From positions 18,013 through 82,012 of the IMG/VR virus record IMGVR_UViG_3300029286_000024: a stretch of DNA of 64,000 bases, one strand, 5' to 3'. This DNA is from a virus. The notes beneath the pieces were generated by a model. It searched no databases and was not told the origin of the DNA. It was given only the letters and a program-made list of their open reading frames with translations. This document shows, piece by piece, positions 9,693-19,692 of this stretch (position 1 is its first letter; each line of letters opens with the position of its first letter). A program made the translations under genes and the position numbers.

Positions 9693-9706
9693 CTTACTTG
9701 GTAATG

Positions 9707-10018
9707 CTAGGCGGCAATTCGGGCCTTGCGGAATTTCTTAGCGGCCATGATGTTCCTCAATTTCGTTTCATGGTTGAGCATGATGGAAACTACGTCTCTG
9801 GCAGAAAGGAGGCGACCTACGAGATTGAGTTCCAGAGCCTCATGGATAGCGGTACTGAAATCCCGTAGCCTCTCAACTTCTCTGGCTTCGTCCCTGTCAA
9901 AGAGGATCGTTCCATCGTTAAGCTGATAGGCCGTAGTTCTTGCCGTTTTTCCTACGATAGCCCCGTTGACAATTTGACCTTCTCCTTCTTTGGGAACCAT
10001 GACCGATATATGTTTCAT
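9707..10018 (-). CDS. Hypothetical cassette protein
   Basis: AGGAG RBS; own promoter at about 10053-10082. Confidence 0.75.
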   Translation of the reverse strand: MKHISVMVPKEGEGQIVNGAIVGKTARTTAYQLNDGTILFDRDEAREVERLRDFSTAIHEALELNLVGRLLSARDVVSIMLNHETKLRNIMAAKKFRKARIAA

Positions 10019-10134
10019 ATTGCTCCTGTCCTTTGTTATTGTTTATGCGGTACTTATACTACAGATTGCTAAGAATGTCAAGGGGAAAGTTGGTTTTTCT
10101 TTTGATGACATACATTTCCACGCTATAATAAATC

Positions 10135-10163
10135 TTGACATTCCCATGATTTTATGATATGCT
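10135..10163 (+). promoter_or_regulatory. Sigma70-type promoter antisense to ardC
   Basis: TTGACA-N17(…TGA)-TATGCT. Confidence 0.65.
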
Positions 10164-11075
10164 TCCCGAAGTTGTTGACTTTTCTGTTTGGGCTTTGTTG
10201 GCATCCTCTTCTATTTCATGTTTGATATTCAGAATGTAATCGCTTGCCTTTTGCGCTTTGCCTGCTGCTAAGATCAACATTTTCGGATCGGACTTTAGGG
10301 ACTTAAGCCAATGTTGAATATAGGCCACGTTGTTATCCCAAGTCTTCGCAAGGCCAACATGATTGCAAAGGAAAATGCAAGTCATTTCTGCTACAAGTTC
10401 CTCTTTAGAATAGGCATGATCTACCGTAAAAGAGGACAGGCCGATTTCAGGACGAGCAAGGCGGCTAGAATGACCTGTAGAATGTCCTAACTCATGGAAC
10501 ATAGTAGCGTAGTAGCTTTCCTCATCATTAAACAATTCTTTTCTAGGCATATTGACATGATCAGCGGTAGGACAATAGAACGCTCTAGCCTCTTTGAATT
10601 GAATCTGAGGGGCTTTCTGCATTTCCTTAATGATCTTTTCCGCATCCTGTATGGGGTTGAATTGTATGACAGGGATTGAAGGGATTTTCTTGGCATCAAT
10701 TCCTTCGGTTTGTTCGACGTTGAAAACGGTATAGTATCGAAGGAACGGGATTTTCTTTGCCTTGGTTGTTCCGTTATCTTGTTTCTCATCAATCAAAAGC
10801 CATTTCCAATATACAACGGGGATACCATGTTCTCCCTTCTTGATTTTACCCCCAAGGTCTTTTGCCTGTTTGAAGGAAAGGAAATAGGGGGAAGCATAGC
10901 CAAGCATTGAAAGGATGAAAACGTTAATACCCCGATAGTTTTTCTTAGTTATCAGGTTTTTTGGCATTCCCCCGCCGAACCAAGGTTTATGCCAAGGACA
11001 ATTACCTTTTTCCAATTCCGCAACAACCTTGTCGGTGATCATCTTGTAGATTGTTTCTTGTCCGTTTTGGCTCAT
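10152..11075 (-). CDS. ardC: ArdC-family antirestriction protein (ssDNA-binding domain plus zincin domain)
   Basis: PWHKPW, YRGINV, FKQAKDLGGKIKKGEHG, YTVFNVEQ, HELGHSTGH, YSKEELVAE motifs. Confidence 0.9.
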   Translation of the reverse strand: MSQNGQETIYKMITDKVVAELEKGNCPWHKPWFGGGMPKNLITKKNYRGINVFILSMLGYASPYFLSFKQAKDLGGKIKKGEHGIPVVYWKWLLIDEKQDNGTTKAKKIPFLRYYTVFNVEQTEGIDAKKIPSIPVIQFNPIQDAEKIIKEMQKAPQIQFKEARAFYCPTADHVNMPRKELFNDEESYYATMFHELGHSTGHSSRLARPEIGLSSFTVDHAYSKEELVAEMTCIFLCNHVGLAKTWDNNVAYIQHWLKSLKSDPKMLILAAGKAQKASDYILNIKHEIEEDANKAQTEKSTTSGSIS

Positions 11076-11250
11076 GTAAATCTCCCTTGTTCTATTGTTC
11101 GAGCTTAACTATACCACAAATAATGGAAATGTCAAGCGGAAACAAAACTATTTTTGTTTCGCTGAGAAGAAAATGAAAGGATAATTAGGGTTTCCACGCT
11201 AGGGATTTTATTCAAATCCCACGCTAGAATAGGCAAAGATTTTAGTTGAC

Positions 11251-11290
11251 AAAAAGGAAAAGGCTCCCTTACATTGAGAGCCTTTCCCCT
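11251..11290 (-). terminator. Intrinsic terminator
   Basis: GGGAAAGGCTCTC…GGGAGCCTTTTCC hairpin followed by a T-run on the minus strand. Confidence 0.65.
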
Positions 11291-11318
11291 TGCTGATTAT
11301 TTTAGTCTTTTTTTTTTA

Positions 11319-11843
11319 CTATTTCATATCTGCTACGATCTCATATTCCCCGCCGTTGAACCGCATTCCTTTGACGTTCGACATTTTGACATCTCGGACA
11401 ATGATTTCCTTTTCCAAGTCCGTTTGCGTTGACGTTGGGCCGCTTCGTTCAGGCATAAAGGGCGAAAGAATAGCCTTGTCAACAATCGTTCCTGTTGCGT
11501 CCCGATAGACAGGCGTATCGGTTGACTGCACTTTCATCTGAAGGTAATGCTCGCCCTTATGAGTTACGAAAATGCGGTCATCGGTTAAGACACCCCATGT
11601 TCTAGGCTTGGCTTCCCGTTCCTCTTTGCCTTCCCTGTTGGCTTGGTTGTTGACGCTGTTTTCGTAGTCAAAACCGATCAATCCATCCATGCGGCAAAAC
11701 TTGGTAATTCTGCCGAAAAACGGATTGCCTGTTTTGTTCATTTTCGGGGTTGTTGCGGCATCTACTGAGATTGCCGTACAACCTTTAACCGTTCGCTGAA
11801 TGATGTTGATTGCTTCGGATACTGTTATGACTGTTTTACCCAT
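11319..11843 (-). CDS. Hypothetical phage protein
   Basis: ORF with RBS and own promoter (about 11901). Confidence 0.8.
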   Translation of the reverse strand: MGKTVITVSEAINIIQRTVKGCTAISVDAATTPKMNKTGNPFFGRITKFCRMDGLIGFDYENSVNNQANREGKEEREAKPRTWGVLTDDRIFVTHKGEHYLQMKVQSTDTPVYRDATGTIVDKAILSPFMPERSGPTSTQTDLEKEIIVRDVKMSNVKGMRFNGGEYEIVADMK

Positions 11844-12125
11844 GTTCGTCGTTCCTTTCCTCATTGTTTATGCGTAGAGTCTAACAGGTTTCTTGGTAAA
11901 TGTCAAGCCTTATTTTTTGAGATTCTTGGTTGCATCCTTATTTAATTATCAAGAGGGTAGCATAACATTTAATGATATAAATGTCGAGAGAAAAATTCAA
12001 CTTATTTGGCGTGGAAAATGTTGGGATATTAAGCGGGAATAGGGGAAGAAATTGTCCTCCCCCTACTCCACCAAGCAGCTTGTGACCGCTTGGCAACCAT
12101 CAACAGGACATTATACCATAAACGA

Positions 12126-12305
12126 CTAGTTAAGATACAGCGGGATTGAGCCAAGAGTATCACCAGTGCCAATAGTAGCAATGGGGACGATCTCATATTT
12201 GGCGTCAATGAGTTCTCCAACGTCGAAATCCCTGACTTCGGGAACGCCGAACCATTGACGAATCCGAATCAATTCTCCATCACGATAAAGAGCGAACCAA
12301 TTCAT
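12126..12305 (-). CDS. 59-aa cassette protein (MNWFALYRDG...)
   Basis: AAGGAG RBS, promoter at about 12357; below ORF-track cutoff. Confidence 0.65.
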   Translation of the reverse strand: MNWFALYRDGELIRIRQWFGVPEVRDFDVGELIDAKYEIVPIATIGTGDTLGSIPLYLN

Positions 12306-12564
12306 ATTTCTCCTTTCTTAATGCTTATGCGAAGATTGTAGCAGATTTCTTGGAAAAGTCAAGGATTATTTTCTTACGTATTCAGGGTGAGGTCAAGAGT
12401 CATGAGCATCATTACCCATGCCCGAAGACGATCTGCTTTTGAAAGGGAACGAAGGTAATTCCGATCTACTCCTGTATAACGCATAGCAGCATAAGCATTC
12501 ATTGTTTTTCCTCCATTGTTTGAATCAGCTTAACATAAATGAGTGGTAAAGTCAAGGATTATTT

Positions 12565-12732
12565 TCAAATTTCGGAAAGGGAGAAGTTAATTCCCCGTTG
12601 TTTCATGAGTTCTTCGAGTTCATTTTGATTACCTATGAAACGGCAATGGATGGCGATAGCTTTGCATCCTTCGTCAAAAGAGGGAAAGGCATAAAGTCTT
12701 TCTCCTATTCGCATATCATATCTCTCAGGCAT
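12565..12732 (-). CDS. Small cassette protein
   Basis: GGAGG RBS inside a duplicated promoter module. Confidence 0.65.
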   Translation of the reverse strand: MPERYDMRIGERLYAFPSFDEGCKAIAIHCRFIGNQNELEELMKQRGINFSLSEI

Positions 12733-13018
12733 GTTCCTCCGATTTAAGTAGAGACTAACACAATCCGTGGGAAGAGTCAAGGATTATTCAGGCGGCAGCA
12801 ATGGATTCGGTCTCAACCCACTTGAACATCCATTCTCTACCCACGATCAGGCGATATTCACTTTCCATGTAATCTTTCTGTTCCTGTTCGGTAAAGTCGG
12901 AGTCGGGGTTGGTTCGGTCAATTTCTTTCCACTCTTGAAGTTTGCATTTGCCCATTAGAATAGCCATAGTTCCTCCGATTTAAGTAGAGACTAACACAAT
13001 CCGTGGGAAGAGTCAAGG
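12733..13018. repeat. Exact ~50-bp direct repeat of a promoter+RBS module (12733-12782 and 12969-13018)
   Basis: gttcctccgatttaagtagagactaacacaatccgtgggaagagtcaagg occurs twice. Confidence 0.9.
12788..12967 (-). CDS. 59-aa cassette protein (MAILMGKCK...)
   Basis: Lies between two identical promoter modules. Confidence 0.65.
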   Translation of the reverse strand: MAILMGKCKLQEWKEIDRTNPDSDFTEQEQKDYMESEYRLIVGREWMFKWVETESIAAA

Positions 13019-13189
13019 CTATTCGGGGAGGACTTCTGAAATAGTTCCCACGTTAGGTCTCTTCCAACGGTTGCGAGTTCTTGTGGCACGAAACTGATAA
13101 ATGGCCCATCGAATATCCGAGCGGAGTTCATAGGCCCAATCAATGATGCAGTTCAGTTTTTCTTGTATATTTTTCATGCGATCATCCTA

Positions 13190-13384
13190 TCATTTAGTGG
13201 GTGGAAAGTCAAGCAATTTTAATCCATAATGTTCGGGAGGGAATTCTGCTCCCACGAATTTCCACGCCATAGTTTCCTTGTTCATGCTCAGATACTTGGC
13301 ATTGTATTCGGGGAATTTTGGGTGCTCCTTTGACAGAAAGGTTTTGTCGGGAAACTCAAGCCAAAAATGCCATGAGTTATTCAT
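13190..13384 (-). CDS. Hypothetical protein
   Basis: Overlap-coupled to 13377..13583. Confidence 0.6.
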   Translation of the reverse strand: MNNSWHFWLEFPDKTFLSKEHPKFPEYNAKYLSMNKETMAWKFVGAEFPPEHYGLKLLDFPPTK

Positions 13385-13583
13385 TCGACTCTTTAGGTTT
13401 GCTGACCAGTTTTCCTATTGCTTTAACCACATCATCTTTATTAAGCATGACTATCCTCTTGGCATTTAACTTAGTGGCACAGCAATCCATCCTAAGCATA
13501 TCCCATAAGGCATCAGTTAATGGTTTGACATCACATTTATTAATGTCTGACCACTTGGTATGTTCTTGATCATTCATTGACAT
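13377..13583 (-). CDS. Hypothetical protein
   Basis: ORF in cassette operon. Confidence 0.6.
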   Translation of the reverse strand: MSMNDQEHTKWSDINKCDVKPLTDALWDMLRMDCCATKLNAKRIVMLNKDDVVKAIGKLVSKPKESNE

Positions 13584-13738
13584 CTACGGCTTTTTGACAA
13601 TGGGGACACCAATAGACTTTGGTTCCGTTCTTATCAACAAGCAGTAATTCCATGTGGGTATTGCAAGTTTTACATTTCATGCGCATACCTTATCATAATC
13701 AGTGGGTAATGTCAAGGGAAATTTCTTGAAACTCCCTG

Positions 13739-13966
13739 TCAAGGTTTATCTTCTCTAGGTTTATCGGCATAAGGGGAAATGTCAATGATGATTTTACCGT
13801 TAGTACAAACTAAGTGAGCAAAGTAATCGCCTTGTTTAGTATATCGGGGCAAGGTTACAATATGAAAATCAGGACGCCGTTTAACAAACCAATGAGATGC
13901 AGACCAGCAGCCCATTCTACGCTTTTTCGATTGCCATTCTCTTAAAACTCTGTCAATAGTTTTCAT
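13739..13966 (-). CDS. Leaderless small protein, possible Cys-His-Asp papain-like fold
   Basis: ATG 6 nt after -10; GC…AH…IIDI pattern. Confidence 0.6.
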   Translation of the reverse strand: MKTIDRVLREWQSKKRRMGCWSASHWFVKRRPDFHIVTLPRYTKQGDYFAHLVCTNGKIIIDISPYADKPREDKP

Positions 13967-13984
13967 GCGTATACCTTATCATAA

Positions 13985-14194
13985 TCAGTGGGTAATGTCA
14001 AGAGGTAAACTTTGCATTGTCCATTCGTTAGGCAAAGGGGTTCCTCCACCAACCCATTTATCATAGTTCATATCCTTGATGAAACTGTTAGCTTGTTCTT
14101 TGTTAAAACGAACAGGGATAGCATGATGAAAAGCAACTTTTTCCTTTGTTGTTTCATTGACATAGAAAACGCCATACTCTATGTTAGTTTTCAT
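13985..14194 (-). CDS. Leaderless hypothetical protein
   Basis: ATG directly after promoter module. Confidence 0.65.
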   Translation of the reverse strand: MKTNIEYGVFYVNETTKEKVAFHHAIPVRFNKEQANSFIKDMNYDKWVGGGTPLPNEWTMQSLPLDITH

Positions 14195-14254
14195 GCGAGC
14201 AGCCTATCACAATCAGTGGGTAATGTCAAGGTAATGTTTCAAAAACATTCCCTG

Positions 14255-14602
14255 TCAAGGTCTTTTCAGGAACATATAACAAAATTCATTAGGGAAATCA
14301 CTCCAACGAATAACTTTGAAGCCCATTCTCTTTAGCATTCTCTTCATGACAAAACCATTATGCCCATTGCCGTTATAGAGAAGGATCAAGAGACTTCTCC
14401 GTGTTTGCTGAAGGAATTGAGTCAGGACTTGTTTAGCTATTCCCTTCCCTCTTAATTTCTCATTAACCCAAATGTAGGAGAGATAATGGTAAGAGGGGAC
14501 ATGGAATTTTGAAGGGGAAGGAAGCGGGTCAAAAGTTTCGTAACTTCTATCCTTAATGATTGGCTCGTATTCGATATAGCCGCCATAGAATTCTACTTTC
14601 AT
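14255..14602 (-). CDS. GNAT-family acetyltransferase
   Basis: IWVNEKLRGKGIA acetyl-CoA motif A; KRMGF tail. Confidence 0.7.
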   Translation of the reverse strand: MKVEFYGGYIEYEPIIKDRSYETFDPLPSPSKFHVPSYHYLSYIWVNEKLRGKGIAKQVLTQFLQQTRRSLLILLYNGNGHNGFVMKRMLKRMGFKVIRWSDFPNEFCYMFLKRP

Positions 14603-14639
14603 GCGTATAGCGTATCATTCAGTGGGAAGAAAGTCAAGG

Positions 14640-14843
14640 CTAAACTACGCAAAGGTCTTTAGGGTTGACAGAGCCTTGAATGGTAGGATTTACTGCCCAT
14701 GCTATTTCGGGAGAGGCACAACCTAATCTTGCTGCAACTCCATAGACATCGGAATAAATTTCAAACTCTTCGTAGTTGTCATAAACTTCATGGAGTTTTG
14801 CTTGCCATCCTTTGATTCCGCTTTTGGTAGTAACTATTTTCAT
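14640..14843 (-). CDS. Leaderless hypothetical protein
   Basis: ATG after promoter module. Confidence 0.65.
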   Translation of the reverse strand: MKIVTTKSGIKGWQAKLHEVYDNYEEFEIYSDVYGVAARLGCASPEIAWAVNPTIQGSVNPKDLCVV

Positions 14844-14874
14844 GCGCACATCATATCATTCAGTGGGAAGAAAG

Positions 14875-15120
14875 TCAAGCTATTTCGTCTAGGAGAATAG
14901 CGGGATTTAGAATCGTCATTTGCTCAAAGGGAATGGTATGAGCATCGCCTTGAGGAACATCAGGCAAAGCAATTAACCCTCTCTCCTGCGCCTGTAAAAC
15001 AACTTCCCGATGGAGCATATAAGTGGCAGCAATCGAGAGTGGTTCATGCCTTCGGATACGCCTAAGATACTCTATGAGTTCTGAATCGTTATAATGCCAA
15101 GTTGATCTCCACATATTCAT
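14875..15120 (-). CDS. Leaderless hypothetical protein
   Basis: Start reassigned to MNMWRS; stop inside next -35. Confidence 0.6.
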   Translation of the reverse strand: MNMWRSTWHYNDSELIEYLRRIRRHEPLSIAATYMLHREVVLQAQERGLIALPDVPQGDAHTIPFEQMTILNPAILLDEIA

Positions 15121-15152
15121 AAGGGGCATACTAACAGAAGCAGGAAAGAATG

Positions 15153-15620
15153 TCAAGCAGGAAGAGAGAAGTCTTTTGTTATATTTCCTGTAGAGCAATC
15201 GTTGAAAGTTGGAATGAAATCTTGTTTTGCCAACTTGACGAAACGGTTTCTTGCTTTACCTTTGAGCAGGACATAGCATCCTTTGCCTGTTTGAAACGGG
15301 TCTTTAGGGTCAAAGGTTTCATCGAAGAAAGGAAAGCCACAATCAGCCCACCCGCTTCCCCGTAGGTAGACATACTTAGTTCCCATGTATTCTAGTTCAT
15401 CAGCGCAATAGCAATCGTGGGCTGTTTGAAGGTCAACTAGAAGTTCTCCGAAAGGGGTATCTTTAGGGATGTCAACGGTAGGGGCTTCACCAAGCATTTT
15501 GAAATTAGGGAGCCATTTAATATGTTCCCCTTCCCATGTTAAGAGTTGTCGGGGGTAATCTCCTTTTCGGGGGTCTTTATTGGGGACAAAAGGGAAATGG
15601 CCTATCTCATTATTTTTCAT
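15153..15620 (-). CDS. Leaderless hypothetical protein
   Basis: 155 aa; stop inside next -35. Confidence 0.7.
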   Translation of the reverse strand: MKNNEIGHFPFVPNKDPRKGDYPRQLLTWEGEHIKWLPNFKMLGEAPTVDIPKDTPFGELLVDLQTAHDCYCADELEYMGTKYVYLRGSGWADCGFPFFDETFDPKDPFQTGKGCYVLLKGKARNRFVKLAKQDFIPTFNDCSTGNITKDFSLPA

Positions 15621-15869
15621 GTGGCAATACTAACAGAAGATGGGATGGGTGTCAAGTATTATCTGAAATGATTTTGATTCCTCCACCGCCCATACCTACA
15701 GCAAAAATCCATGATCATTTTTTCTCCAAGTTTTTGCGGATTTTTGCTAATTCAGCGTCTATTTCGATAAAGAGAGTAGTCTTATCCATTTTCACGCCAG
15801 AATAAAAGTCGCAGAGCGTTAGGGCAAGACGGTCATCTTGTGTTTCCCTAACGCCCCGCTATGGAGGTG

Positions 15870-16157
15870 CTACTTAACCAAGGCGATCTTTTCCTCAATC
15901 TCCTTCGTCATGGCGTTCTGTTCGAGATTGCGGCAGTTATACCCAAAACTATACTCATGAACCTTGAGAGCTTCGGTAATGCGGAAGAAATGGTGTTGCC
16001 ACTCGAAGTTGACAACCTTTCCCTTTCCTTCGGCGGGAATATAGATACCCCGACAATGCGTAAAGAAACCCGTTACAGGGGCTTGCGGTAACGCCTTGCA
16101 GAGAATGTTGACCAACTGCTTACCAACCGATTGACCGTTCTTCATGATCTTTGCCAT
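15870..16157 (-). CDS. Hypothetical cassette protein
   Basis: AAGGAGG RBS. Confidence 0.7.
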   Translation of the reverse strand: MAKIMKNGQSVGKQLVNILCKALPQAPVTGFFTHCRGIYIPAEGKGKVVNFEWQHHFFRITEALKVHEYSFGYNCRNLEQNAMTKEIEEKIALVK

Positions 16158-16210
16158 GTTCTTCCTCCTTATTGTTTATGCGTAGAGCTTAACAGAAAAT
16201 GCGGATAATG

Positions 16211-16429
16211 TCAACAACAATCCCACCACATTTCTTCTTCAACATTCCTCTTAAAGTTGGCGATAGGCTCTTTCAAGGCATCAACCAACCCACGCAGGAT
16301 GCTAATGACTTCTTCTTCTCCTGCAGAATGTCCACGTTCATAAGCCATATAGGAAAGAGCCGATCTAAACTCTTCGGGGACATTGGCAAGAATTTCTTTG
16401 TATTGCTTTTTAACTTCTTCATCGGTCAT
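16211..16429 (-). CDS. Hypothetical cassette protein
   Basis: Start reassigned to MTDEEVK. Confidence 0.65.
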   Translation of the reverse strand: MTDEEVKKQYKEILANVPEEFRSALSYMAYERGHSAGEEEVISILRGLVDALKEPIANFKRNVEEEMWWDCC

Positions 16430-16621
16430 ATCTTCCCCATTGTTTGAGAAGAGCTTAACAGAAATTGGTGGTAATGTCAAGCCTTTTGTCCAAGATTTTT
16501 CAAGGCAAGAGCGGCAATCTTGGCATTGATTTTGCGCCACCATTCGCCATTAACCCATGTTCCTCTTTCAACAGCATCTTTCAAGGGTTGCGTTGACATG
16601 GTAGGACATTTACGAGAGTGA

Positions 16622-17914
16622 GCGGGAAAGCCCACGAAGCGAGTCTTCGAGCGTCTTTAGTCGTGGGATGAAAGCGAACAAGTAAAATATATTTAGAAAA
16701 AAGAAGGAATTATTCTAAAAATTTTGTATAATATAGGTATGAAAGCAATTAAAGTAAAAATATATCCTAAGAAATGGCAAAAGGAGTTAATAGAAAAACA
16801 CTTTGGTTGCTGTAGACTTATCTATAATTATGGATTAGAAAGAAAAACAAAGACATATCAAGAATCTAAAAAATCAATTGGGATTTATACTATTCAAAAA
16901 GAAATACCCAAAATGTATGAAGAAAAACCGTGGCTTAAAGAAGTTAATTCTCAAGCAATACAACAATCATTAAAAGACTTAGATTCTGCTTTCTCTCATT
17001 TTTTTAAAGCAAATAATTCTTTTCCTAAATTCAAATCGAAGAAAAATCCTAAGCAATCTTTTAGAGTCCCTCAGCATTTTGAAGTTAGTAAAGATAAGAA
17101 GCATATTAAAATACCTAAACTAAAGTGGATAAGATTCAAAGATAAATTCAATATTCCCAAAGATGTTGAATTTAGAAATATTACAATATCAAGAAGTGGA
17201 AATGAATACTTTGCTTCAATTTGTTATGATGATAAAAAACAAATTCCAAGTTTAGCTAAAATAACTGAATCTAAAACAGTAGGAATTGATTTAGGAACAA
17301 AAGTATTAGCAACATTATCAGATAATACAGTTATAGAAAACCCAAGACACTTTAAAAAATACGAAGATAAGTTAGCATTAGAACAACAAAAATTATCTAA
17401 GAAAACAAACAGAGAAACTAAATCATATCAGAAACAGAAAAATAAGGTCAATAAAATACATAAAAAGATAAGTAATACGAGAAAAGATTTTCTTCATAAA
17501 TTAACTACAAATCTAGTTGAGAACAAAGACTGGACTAGTTATGCTATTGAAGATTTAGCAGTGAAAGATATGCTTCAAAATAATTCAACCAGTATGTCAA
17601 GAACAATAGGTGATACTGGTTGGAGAATGCTTAGAAGTATGATGGAATACAAGTGCAATGAAAAAGGTAAGAATCTTTTGGTTATAGGAAGATTTGAGCC
17701 TTCTTCTAAACTCTGTTATTGCGGTGTAAAAAATAATGAGTTAGAACTAAAAGACAGGAAGTGGACTTGTAAAAATTGTGGTCTAACTCATAATAGAGAT
17801 GAGTTAGCTGCTAATAACATTAAGAATTTTGCTTTAATAAAGAGTCTGGGCAAAGACTTTAGCGAGCGTAAGCGAGCTTAGAACCCCACGATCTTTAGTC
17901 GTGGGAGTATGTCA
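16622..17914 (+). mobile_element. IS200/IS605-family (IS1341-like) tnpB-only element
   Basis: Subterminal hairpins cccacga…tttagtcgtggg at both ends; no tnpA. Confidence 0.85.
16739..17881 (+). CDS. tnpB: RNA-guided endonuclease TnpB
   Basis: HTH_OrfB N-terminus (HFGCCRLIYN), RuvC GIDLG / IEDL / NRDELAANNI, Zn finger CYCG…CKNCG. Confidence 0.92.
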   Translation: MKAIKVKIYPKKWQKELIEKHFGCCRLIYNYGLERKTKTYQESKKSIGIYTIQKEIPKMYEEKPWLKEVNSQAIQQSLKDLDSAFSHFFKANNSFPKFKSKKNPKQSFRVPQHFEVSKDKKHIKIPKLKWIRFKDKFNIPKDVEFRNITISRSGNEYFASICYDDKKQIPSLAKITESKTVGIDLGTKVLATLSDNTVIENPRHFKKYEDKLALEQQKLSKKTNRETKSYQKQKNKVNKIHKKISNTRKDFLHKLTTNLVENKDWTSYAIEDLAVKDMLQNNSTSMSRTIGDTGWRMLRSMMEYKCNEKGKNLLVIGRFEPSSKLCYCGVKNNELELKDRKWTCKNCGLTHNRDELAANNIKNFALIKSLGKDFSERKRA

Positions 17915-17974
17915 GACCAACGCTTTTGAGCTATTCTTTTCATAAGGGAAGATTACCCTAAGAGAGCAAGAATG

Positions 17975-18331
17975 TCAAGCTTTCTTTTTGAGGTCAATTC
18001 CAAGGGTGAGCAAAGTATCTTGGATAATGACAGCCTGATCGCCTCTCAAACTCTTCCAATCGAATCGAGAGAGTCTTTCTATTGCGTTATTTTCTTTAAT
18101 GCGTTGGAGGTCTACAGGAGTAGCAACTTGGATACGTTGTTTTGACCATGTATCGCTTCCACGCTGAGACCCGTTAATATCAAAAGAGGATTCGCCAACA
18201 TAAATAGTTCCGCCTCTTCCATCGGTAATTCGGGTAATGCGAGTAAGACTTTCGGGCCGATAGGAGTTCCCGTTATCATAAACGAGCATCCCAACTTTCC
18301 AATTACCAAGTTCTTGAAGTTCTTTAGCCAT
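17975..18331 (-). CDS. Hypothetical cassette protein
   Basis: GGAGG RBS; stop in -35. Confidence 0.75.
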   Translation of the reverse strand: MAKELQELGNWKVGMLVYDNGNSYRPESLTRITRITDGRGGTIYVGESSFDINGSQRGSDTWSKQRIQVATPVDLQRIKENNAIERLSRFDWKSLRGDQAVIIQDTLLTLGIDLKKKA

Positions 18332-18595
18332 GACTTTCCTCCATCGTTAAGAAGAGATTAACAGAAAGGGGTGAGAATGTCAAGGTTAATCTTCAACGCA
18401 AGAGCCATCGCCGTTATGAGTAATCCAATGGCATCCGCATTTAGGACAGAAATGGCTTTCCTTGGCAGGTTTCTTGATTGACTTAGCAGGCTTCTTTTTG
18501 TTTGGTTTCTTCATTTCCACTCCAGATTTTTCAGGGGAGGGGGATAAACCTCTTTGCTAAAATTTTCCCCCTCCCCACCCTCTCGCCTGCTAAGA

Positions 18596-18982
18596 TTAGT
18601 GCTCAGAAGGTAGGATGATGCAGTATTGACCATCTCCCATCGGTTCAACCCACAACTTCATTTCGGGCAACGGGAAACCTGTGTTTTCGATTTCCTGTTT
18701 AATGGCAACATCCCCGCTATCCCGTTCGCAAATAACCGTAGCGGAGTGGTCAGGATGAACCGTGAGCGTCCAGAACTGAATATCTCGGAGCTTCTTATCT
18801 TTCAGGGCTTTGGGTTGATGCGAACCGATAACGTCCAAGAGCCAATAACATTCTGCGTTATCAGCCAACCACTTGACTCCATCGGTCAGGAGCATTCTAG
18901 GGAACAGGGGTGAAAAACGATACCAGTTTTCTGTCCCGTAGAAGTTTCGCAATCCCTCATTCATTTCCGCTGCTGTTTTCAT
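18596..18982 (-). CDS. DUF6876-like phage/plasmid protein
   Basis: FYGTENWYR…LTDGVKWLA…YWLLDVI…ILPSEH pattern, recalled from memory. Confidence 0.6.
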   Translation of the reverse strand: MKTAAEMNEGLRNFYGTENWYRFSPLFPRMLLTDGVKWLADNAECYWLLDVIGSHQPKALKDKKLRDIQFWTLTVHPDHSATVICERDSGDVAIKQEIENTGFPLPEMKLWVEPMGDGQYCIILPSEH

Positions 18983-19047
18983 ACTGTTTTCCTCCATTGT
19001 TTATGCGAAGAGCTTAACAGAAAATGGTGGTAATGTCAAGGAATAAC

Positions 19048-19251
19048 TTATATTCGCATGAGCCAAAAGAAGACAGCCCAACCTATTGACGGATGAATGA
19101 TTTGAACAACGGGAATGTTAGCGTCAAGATTTTTCATGCCCCTCAGAATGAAGGTCGCAAGCCTGTTGATATAGGCAAACGTCCAAAAGATAGCCCATCC
19201 CAAAGTTATGACTTGAAAAAGTGGAAGCGATAACAGTTGTATATTATTCAT
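19048..19251 (-). CDS. Small membrane protein
   Basis: Two hydrophobic segments; AAGGAG RBS. Confidence 0.65.
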   Translation of the reverse strand: MNNIQLLSLPLFQVITLGWAIFWTFAYINRLATFILRGMKNLDANIPVVQIIHPSIGWAVFFWLMRI

Positions 19252-19297
19252 ATTCTCCTTTATTTTGAAACAAGACTATCACAAATCGTTAGTAATG

Positions 19298-19492
19298 TCA
19301 AGCAGGAAGATAGGGATTAAATGGCCTTGGAATTATCTTATGCCATTCCTTATGAGGTTTCTCTTCCGTCCCCCAACAGAAAGCCCTGAGAGGAACATCA
19401 TTGAGCCATAAGGTTTTGATAGCTCCGCAACGGGGACAGGGACCAACTGCTTTCTTCATTGCCATTACTGAAATCTTTTTTTCTTTGGGCAT
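19298..19492 (-). CDS. Small Cys-containing protein
   Basis: CPRCG; stop in -35. Confidence 0.6.
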   Translation of the reverse strand: MPKEKKISVMAMKKAVGPCPRCGAIKTLWLNDVPLRAFCWGTEEKPHKEWHKIIPRPFNPYLPA

Positions 19493-19692
19493 ATCAATCC
19501 TTTATTTCTTTTGAGTTTCTTGAAGGTTATAGTAGTTTTTTCGATGACGCCAATACCTCTTCGTTCCAATTCGCTTTCGCAGAGGATTTTCCCGATAACA
19601 TCATTGGAGCCGAAGCAATTCATTTTGATGGCGTGGTCATGTTCCCTAAAACGATACTTCAGTTGTTTGATGGTAAGGTCTTTCATTTTCAT
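19465..19692 (-). CDS. Leaderless hypothetical protein
   Basis: Follows promoter at about 19722. Confidence 0.6.
   Translation of the reverse strand: MKMKDLTIKQLKYRFREHDHAIKMNCFGSNDVIGKILCESELERRGIGVIEKTTITFKKLKRNKGLICPKKKRFQ

Larger units (their letters stand above)
16477..17943 (-). pseudogene. 57-aa leaderless gene interrupted by TnpB element
   Basis: Removing 16622-17914 restores MKRIAQKRWSHSRKCPT…NLGQKA* with its stop in the next -35 box. Confidence 0.7.
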
